64,000 bases of DNA from Trichinella spiralis (Eukaryota), in contig NW_003526943.1 in NCBI RefSeq assembly GCF_000181795.1, positions 11,274,007 to 11,338,006 of the forward strand. Reading direction: 5' to 3'. Shown here piece by piece: positions 56,980-64,000 of this stretch (positions are counted from its first letter, which is position 1; every line of letters begins with the position of its first letter). Below the pieces are notes generated by a model, which did no database searches, was not told where the DNA came from, and was given only the letters and a program-made list of their open reading frames with translations. Both the position numbers and the translations under genes were made by a program.

Positions 56980-57770
56980 GACAGTGACGGCAAAGGGTTA
57001 TTTAAAATGGAATTCAAAACTCTCAAATTCATTTTCGGTTGGTCCTGCGTTCGAGTTCTGTGCTTTGGGTTTGATTGAGAGTTATTTGAATCATTTCCTG
57101 TTCTGTTTTTTTGTTATGGGTGATGTACCTGAGCTACATCTTGCACAAAATTGTAGCGGAAGTACGTCTCTCGTTTTTGAAGGAATGGCATACAAATTGA
57201 GATACACCTTTCCACTTCCTTTTCCGTCCTTTCCTCTTTGTTAATTTTGTTCAGTTATGTGCTGTTTATTGTTGTTGTTGCTGCTGTTGGCTAGTGAAAA
57301 ATAAAAATCACTATTTAACTTATTTTTTGTGTTGTTTTTTCTGAATTGTTGCTATTGCATTTGGTATACGTCACTGTGGTACAATAAAATAGAGAACAAT
57401 GATTAAAATTATTTTCGGAAATGCTGATCATGAGAAAGTATAAACTTTACCACAAATAATATATTTAAATAAACAAAATTTCAATGAATGACAAAACTTC
57501 AAACAGACACAATAAAATTTTTCAGTAATAAATATTTCCATTATTAATGTTACGTCACTACCATTAAAGTTACGTAATCCTAAATGGAATATTTGAACCA
57601 ATGAAATGAAAATATATTACAGCTAATCACAAGGGAAAGATTTGAATCAATGAGCAATCAGACAAGAAAAACCAAGAAGACAACGACTTGATGGCCCAAT
57701 AAAATAGCGCGGTCAACGACCAATAAGAAAACGCGGTGAAAAGTAGGACCGAACTGGACCAAACCATTTA
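56980..57770 (+). mobile_element. Internally deleted MULE/FLYWCH-type DNA transposon remnant, with inverted repeat copy B (57549-57770)
   Basis: MGDVPELHLAQNCSGSTSLVFEGMAYKLRYT (from 57117) resembles FLYWCH-like N-termini of nematode Mutator-like transposases (from recall) and is abruptly truncated. Its linkage to the downstream repeat is inferred. Confidence 0.55.
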
Positions 57771-58434
57771 CATTTTGTAATACTGCTGCTGTATTGCATA
57801 ATGGTTATATTACATTCTATTTGTAATATATTTTTGTTGCATTGCAAATTTTTTGAAAGGCAACTTAATTGAAGTTAAGAATGATAAATTAATGTCAATG
57901 CTTTAGTTTTGCTTGAGGTAGAGAAGTATGGAATGTATTCACAGACGTCTTAGTCGTTTGATTTTGATTGTAAGTTTGAAATGGTAGTTTATCCTTTAAA
58001 ATATGGAAAAATATTGTAAAATAAAATGCCTTTCTGTAGCTGTGTAATTTGAATGAGTGAATGGTTTGAAAAAAATGAACAAGAAATGTGCAAAGATTAT
58101 GTAATACAGTTGGAATTTTTGCTGCTATATTGTAAGGCACTTATAAAGCAGGTTGATCAATCTCAGGAATCTGAATATATGTATTAAAAAGTTAAATTAT
58201 AATAGAGACTATAAAGGCTGCGCAGGTCCTAGCAGATTATTTTGAACAGCAAGGAGTACAAGCACGGCTGCAATAGGCTGTTACCAAGCTAAGAAGCAAA
58301 TGATAATAATTGATTGGCTTCCAAAGGACTAGATTTGTATCGCACGTTTTGATTTTTTGCGCATTAGTAAGCAGATACTGCATATGTGGAATAAGGTATG
58401 CAATTGCGCCTAAACATACCTGATTATCCATATG

Positions 58435-58497
58435 GTAAATTAAGCCGCGGTTCCAATTTTTGTCCCCTGATGACCGCGGTTAACGGAACTTCACTAT
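58435..58497. mobile_element. Possible pogo/Tigger-like MITE end
   Basis: The reverse complement reads ta-tagtgaagttccgttaaccgcgg, similar to TA|CAGT...-type terminal inverted repeats. The partner end was not found. Confidence 0.3.
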
Positions 58498-58639
58498 ATT
58501 TTTGAAATAGATTTTTTCGTTTTTGTTAAAAAAATATATTTGCAAGCATATTTTTTGAAATAAGTTTAATTCGTATGATAATGTTTTAAGCAAAGAGCCC
58601 CTTGCTCGTTTAATGTCGTTCGTTTCATACTTTTTCAGT

Positions 58640-58862
58640 TGATATCACTGTGTAATCTTTTCTTAAAATGAGATGAATTGTACTGGTTGGTATGAATGCA
58701 CTGTTCACTGAATACCAGTGAATAAAAGCAGCAGACGACACATAGTTATGGTCGCAAATTCTGGACTTCTAATGAGAACACACGCACAACGTCTCGAAAT
58801 TGGTGCACCTAGTGCTAAGCAAGTTCTGTGCACTAAATAAATATTTAATAACACTCCCCCGT
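58640..58862 (-). mobile_element. Possible copia-type 3' LTR remnant with polypurine tract
   Basis: Minus strand ggggggag|TGTTATTAA at 58860-58845 is a typical PPT-LTR junction. The distal end is uncertain. Confidence 0.35.
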
Positions 58863-59563
58863 CAGTGATGAAGTTCATCACGTGTCTGTTGGTTCTGTTA
58901 GATAACGTAAGATGTCACGTAATTCTAGTAACTGTGTATGACTTATGTCACCGTCCAGTCGAATAATATTAAAAATAATACTGAAATTTAAAGAATTAAA
59001 GAGTATAACGTAGTATAAGCAACATGCTCTTCACATATGCAGTTGTGAGTTTTGCATAAATGTTGACAAAGTGCTACACAAGGTGCAAACGAATCAAAAC
59101 AAAATTTGCAAATTTTATTAACATCTGCAGAGCAGTATCAAAAATATTCGTTTAAAATCACTATCCTGAAATACAATTGCCTTTGATATTTTGCAATGAA
59201 AGACTTAATCACTGCTACTCATTAAATCAATTTTCACAAAACAAAATCAACGCCATCATTCAATCATATAATCGCCCATTACATCAATTAATCATTCACT
59301 GAATCATCCATTTGATTTGAGTTTTCTACTTTTCATTTTTTCATTTCCATTCTGACTTACAGCTGTTCTCACTTTACGGCATTTTTCCATTCTGAAATAG
59401 AAAAGTACTATCAGACATATCAGTATTTCTAAAAATTATAAATGTCATTAAATAAAATTTTTTGAAATTGCTTTTCTAACGGCTAAAAAACAAAATTATT
59501 AAAAAATGCAATTTCAATAATGAAAAAATAGATTCCAATTTCGCTTCAAATATTCGCACAAAT

Positions 59564-61126
59564 CTAAACTATTAAATAAAGATGTTTAATTAATGATTCC
59601 CCTTCAGAAGTGAAAAGCTGCGCAGAATCATACAAGCAAGCTTGAAAATTCACCTGATTTCCATCTTTCTTCTTTGGATCATTTAATCGAACTGCAACGA
59701 ACTCTTCTTCACATCTAAATTCACAAGCTTATTGCTGACACAGTATGACAGAACAAAATATGTCTAAAAAATTCAAACTCCGTGCCACTCTGCTGTTCGT
59801 TTCCTTCTTGCTGATCCTTAAATAAAAGTCAACTATTCCATCCAGTTAAACATCGAAAAAATACGCGTTTTATTTACCATAATATCTTCGTCTGCATGAG
59901 AATACTGCAATTTATTGTCATCAATTACGGTCGAATAAGTAAAACATCGGCAAATATGCCCAATGTCTTGACCATCTTGCTCATCTAAACCAACAACATT
60001 ATTTTTTTTATCATTCTTCACTTCAACAGAACTTTTGAAAATTTTCAAATCAACATCAAACATATGATCAAAATAAGAAGTAATACAAATATAAAATGCA
60101 GCAGTGCAATAAATCTATTGTGAAAAAAAGATAATAACTCAGCAAATAGCAGTTTTCTTATCATATTTGAAAATAATAAAAAGCACAGGACACACTTTTA
60201 ATTGATATTCATGCCAGTGTAAATATTTCGCTTATCAGTTCTGACATTGCAAAATGGATGTTGTCAAAAATGGAATAAAGTTCTACATCTCTCAAAAATT
60301 TAACACTGCAAGATGATGCCAAAATAAATGCATAAGTTGCTGTCTTTCCAAAACAATTTGCATAAATAGTATATTTACGGTAATGAGTAGTTATTAATTT
60401 TGGAAAAATGTATAGTTGAACATCGTTTTTATACTTATCTTGCATTTGCAATACAATACAGTTATCAGCATTTTTACCTTCATCCTAAAATTTGAAAATA
60501 AAATGTTATTTACACCTAATCAAACAAATAATGTTACTTGTTCGATCACAGCTGCTAGCTCAGCTTCATCAGCAATACAGTCAACAGTGCCTCAATAGGT
60601 AAAATTCGCGAACAGTAAAATTGCACTTATAAATTGTGAAATGTTGCATTCAATTACCATCAGAACTCACTGCTTCCAACAGCTTTTGCATTTCATTGCT
60701 CATTTTTTCTATTAACGGACGTGTCCTTCCTAACACCTTAAAACCATACTACTAAGAAAAAAAAATACATCAACTACTCTATTACCGTGCTTATTTCAAC
60801 TAAGCTTTCATCTGCTGAATCTTTACCGACTGAATTCTTTAGTATGATATACTTAAGCAGTGCGACATAATTCATAAGTACATGAAATTTCACTTCCATT
60901 AAATTTATTCCCTTAAAATAATGTTAACATTACTGAAATCACAATAACAACGCTGAAACAGTAACCAAATAATTTCAAAAACAATACACTTTACCCTTTC
61001 TTTACAGATCGTCTCCACAGCAAAACCATTACATTTACGAAGAATTTCATGTGCTATGCAAGCGTTTTCAACAATATCCTCATATATTTTGTCGAACTTC
61101 TTGCCGTTCATTATTACATCAGACAT
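59564..61126 (-). CDS. NGDN: Divergent neuroguidin/Lcp5-like protein (Sas10/Utp3/C1D domain); 3' structure uncertain
   Basis: Exons from ATG 61126 splice as MSDVIMNGKKFDKIYEDIVEN...CKER/GINLMEVKFHVLMNYVALLKYIILKNSVGKDSADESLVEIST/VLGRTRPLIEKMSNEMQKLLEAVSSD. This parallels neuroguidin GLSFLEVK..LLLMYL...LVEIRTVLEKLRPLDQKLKYQIDKL. A later exon CEEEFVAVRLNDPKKK resembles the YEE...VRL motif. Confidence 0.6.
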
Positions 61127-61348
61127 TTTGTATGCTGAAAACACTAAAATCAAAATACGCCACCACTCTAAACAATTAAAATATATTTTTCGGCATTGCA
61201 TCCGCATATTTCATCAAACAGGGTAGAAAAAAAGCAATCTTTAATAAAATAACATTCAAAAAATCAACACAAATCAGGCAATAATCAAAAATAATTCCAA
61301 AAAAATTATACAAAGAGAACCATCTGTAAACACCATTTCACAACACCG

Positions 61349-61645
61349 TTACTCTTCACAATGATTTTGCGGTGATACATTTTTTCGGGGAAATGCTTTC
61401 TCTTCCAGAGTTTTCAGTTGCGCTTTCAAATGCAGCATGTGCATCTCCAGCTTGGCATTTTCTTCTTTCAAAAATTTCACACGATCAAGTTTTTCTTGAA
61501 ACACTTGACGAGTTTTTTCTCTGCTTTTCCGAACCGAATTATTGTTTCGTGCTCGCCTTATTCGGTACGAATCATCTGAAGCACAACTTATTGTTTCGGT
61601 TTGAGACGTTAACGTACTAGCTGAGATGTCAGGTGACATGTCCAT
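61349..61645 (-). CDS. Small C/EBP-family bZIP transcription factor (C/EBP-gamma-like, 98 aa)
   Basis: SDDSYRIRRARNNNSVRKSREKTRQVFQEKLDRVKFLKEENAKLEMHMLHLKAQLKTL: C/EBP basic region (YR.RR.RNN..V.KSR.K) plus leucine zipper; single coding exon. Confidence 0.85.
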   Translation of the reverse strand: MDMSPDISASTLTSQTETISCASDDSYRIRRARNNNSVRKSREKTRQVFQEKLDRVKFLKEENAKLEMHMLHLKAQLKTLEEKAFPRKNVSPQNHCEE

Positions 61646-63186
61646 ATTTAAATAAGCAATGCGAAATATAAAAAATTTATTACTACAGTAAACAAAGAAG
61701 AAAATCAAGTTATATCTGAAAAAGTTGTAAAAAATTATGAATAAAGCAAACCTTCAGGCTTAGAAATGAAAACAAAATTGAAGGATTTTTAAAAAAAACT
61801 TTAAAACTTTTCAACTTTCAAAATTTCTTTAAAAAAATATTATTTGTTTAGTGACGTTTGGAAACTAAAATAAACAAACCCTTTCATACAAACAACAGCA
61901 GAACTACAAACAAGATGACGTCATGTATTCCAACTTTTGCTTCTTCACAATTTATGTACATTAATTTCATTCACATGATGAATATATCGCTTTTGTACTT
62001 TGCACATAATTACATACATGCGTAAAAAATAATTTTCTATCTCGATACAGGAATTTATTGTTTTGCAAGAAGCAGAGATGATTAAATTAGGATGAATTTC
62101 TTTTCAATTGCAGAATTCTCTTACTAATTTAAAAATTTTATTGGTTTTATTTGTTGACTCGCACAGTTGTTTTAGTATATATAGATAATATAAACAGAAA
62201 ATATAAAAGTATATATATATATGTATATAACGTAAATAGATTTTACTGGCTAATAATTTGTTGATGCTTCAAACAAGCAAATTTTTGTATGAAGTTGAAT
62301 AAATTCTTTTTAAAATAGATGAATAGTATGAAGCGCTGCATGTTTACTTTCCTATTTATCGTTTTACATTTTTTTCCTGCATAATTTTGATTTTTTTCCA
62401 AATGCTGTTTATGATTTCAATTTTTTCAAGTTTTATTTTGAAATTTGTAAAATCTTTTTTATTTCATGCTGTTTAGGTATTTTAAGTTCTTGTTGAAAGC
62501 TTTCCATATTATACCAACGATCAGACAGTGCTGCATTGTGTGTAATCGACTTAGCTTTTCTAATATTTTTCTGTTCGTATGCTTAATTACACATTGCTAT
62601 TGTTCTCAATCGAAAATCAGTTTTGCACTTGTGCAAACATTTTCCACCTATGGTGACAACTTGCTATAGAGCTTGCTTTGAACATGCTTTTTGAATTTTC
62701 TACTGATAAGTTTCATTTGTTTGTTTTATATTTGTTCAGCATTGATTTCAGTTGTGTTTTAAAGTTGCATCGAGTATATTAATATGCACGTACATTACGT
62801 ATGCAATTCAAAAAGAATAATTATTTTTAGTATTATTTATTTTGCAATTGATTAATGAGAAAAAAATCAGTTGAATCGTTTGCACGCATGCTGGAAGATT
62901 CTGAAAATTTTTTAAGATGCATAATTTCGATGGGAGTAGAAACTGTTTTGAAAGGAAGAAAATGAAATTGACACATTGTATGAAAACTCTGATAGGATGA
63001 AGCTGATCACACCACGATCATGTTATTCTTCGCGAGCAAATTATCCAAATTTCTGCATATTATTCGTGAGCATTTTGTGCTTCATGCAATTGATCAGTCG
63101 GCTGGTTAACATGATGTTCTGGTTTACCTTGCCGTATGGAAAATTTTGAAAAAGAAATGTAATGCCCATAATCTCAGCTCATTAAC

Positions 63187-63471
63187 TTATTCGATAATTG
63201 TTTTTGAAGGACCGGATGCTGGTCTCTGATGACGGCTATCAACACAGCCCCAAATGCAACAACAAGAAAAACGATGCAGCTGACGGTGACAGTCAAACGG
63301 CCAGTATGCTATTGTAAATCGATCAGCCACGGGGATAATTTTCCTACTGTCCACAATTAATGCTATATCAACCGCAAATACTTTTTCTTCATCATCGTCA
63401 ATGCAATTAACAGATACAAACAGCATTATTAAAATAATACTTAAATTCTTCTGCAATTGTTGCTGCTTCAT
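63187..63471 (-). CDS. Short secreted-type ORF; possibly a frameshifted vWA-domain gene fragment
   Basis: Signal-peptide-like LSIILIMLFVSVNC is followed by AVDIALIVDS, which resembles vWA strand A. An alternative frame downstream gives FLVVAFGAV, which resembles strand B. Confidence 0.35.
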   Translation of the reverse strand: MKQQQLQKNLSIILIMLFVSVNCIDDDEEKVFAVDIALIVDSRKIIPVADRFTIAYWPFDCHRQLHRFSCCCIWGCVDSRHQRPASGPSKTIIE

Positions 63472-64000
63472 GTTTAATTTTCTTGTACAACAATTCTAAA
63501 TATTAGCATTTAAATATAAAACAATTTTTTAAAATGCACTTTCAGGTGTTGCTTTTTATGTTCACTTTTTGGTTCGACGATTAAACAAAAAGTGAAGCAA
63601 ATACAATATACGGTCGCTGCTGTTGAAAATTCATCAAATCACTTTTCGACTGTGACAAAATGCTTTTGAAATAATATCCACTTCAGATGTTGTTTTATTT
63701 TTACTTTAAAATTTAAATTAAAACTATCAAACTTTTTATTTACAGCAATTATTAATTGTTAATTTAATTTAATTTTTCCAACATAAAATGTTAATACTTC
63801 TTTTATTTAACAAACAAGAAGGGAAAAAAAGAAAAGCCAACAATAAGCAATGTTGAAAATAGTTGAGCAAATCACATGAAAATATATAGATGCAGTTTTG
63901 ATTAGATGTAACAATGGTTGTCATGTTAATATTTGCTTTCCACTAGAGTACAATCATGAACGGAATTTTTGAATCGAACAATTGGAAGGTGAATTTGCAA

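Noticed and set aside
56981..57377. acagtgacg...cgtcactgt as terminal repeats of the MULE fragment
   Set aside because: Only a 9-bp match with no flanking duplication; compatible with chance.
63230..63295. CCIWGC as an insulin A-chain
   Set aside because: It lacks the final Cys at the required spacing and has no B-chain motif.

Overview
AT-rich eukaryotic genomic DNA with short spliceosomal introns. It is most consistent with a nematode, probably Trichinella-like; this is inferred from intron style and recalled transposon families, not proven. Genes reconstructed by manual splicing, in order: the 3' part of a TTF2-like SNF2 helicase; a two-exon gene for a stand-alone GIN1/Ginger-type integrase zinc-binding (H2C2) protein; OS-9; a ~21-kb TANC/rolling-pebbles-like gene; alpha/epsilon-sarcoglycan; BUB3; an intronless orphan ORF; PSMC5/Rpt6 (with a GC-AG intron); a divergent neuroguidin-like gene; and a small C/EBP-type bZIP gene. 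Transposon debris includes a piggyBac remnant and a nested cluster at ~54.5-58.9 kb (BEL/Pao, gypsy LTRs and integrase, MULE-like, pogo-like and copia-like pieces). The most notable observations are the intron-containing integrase-derived gene that stops just before the catalytic core, a decayed inverted copy of the bZIP gene lodged between LTRs, a ~220-bp inverted repeat pair bracketing ~10.5 kb, GGTCA/TGACC-dense islands in TANC introns, and two operon-like gene pairs. No RNA genes or CRISPR arrays were found. All family assignments come from motif recognition by eye; no database search was run.
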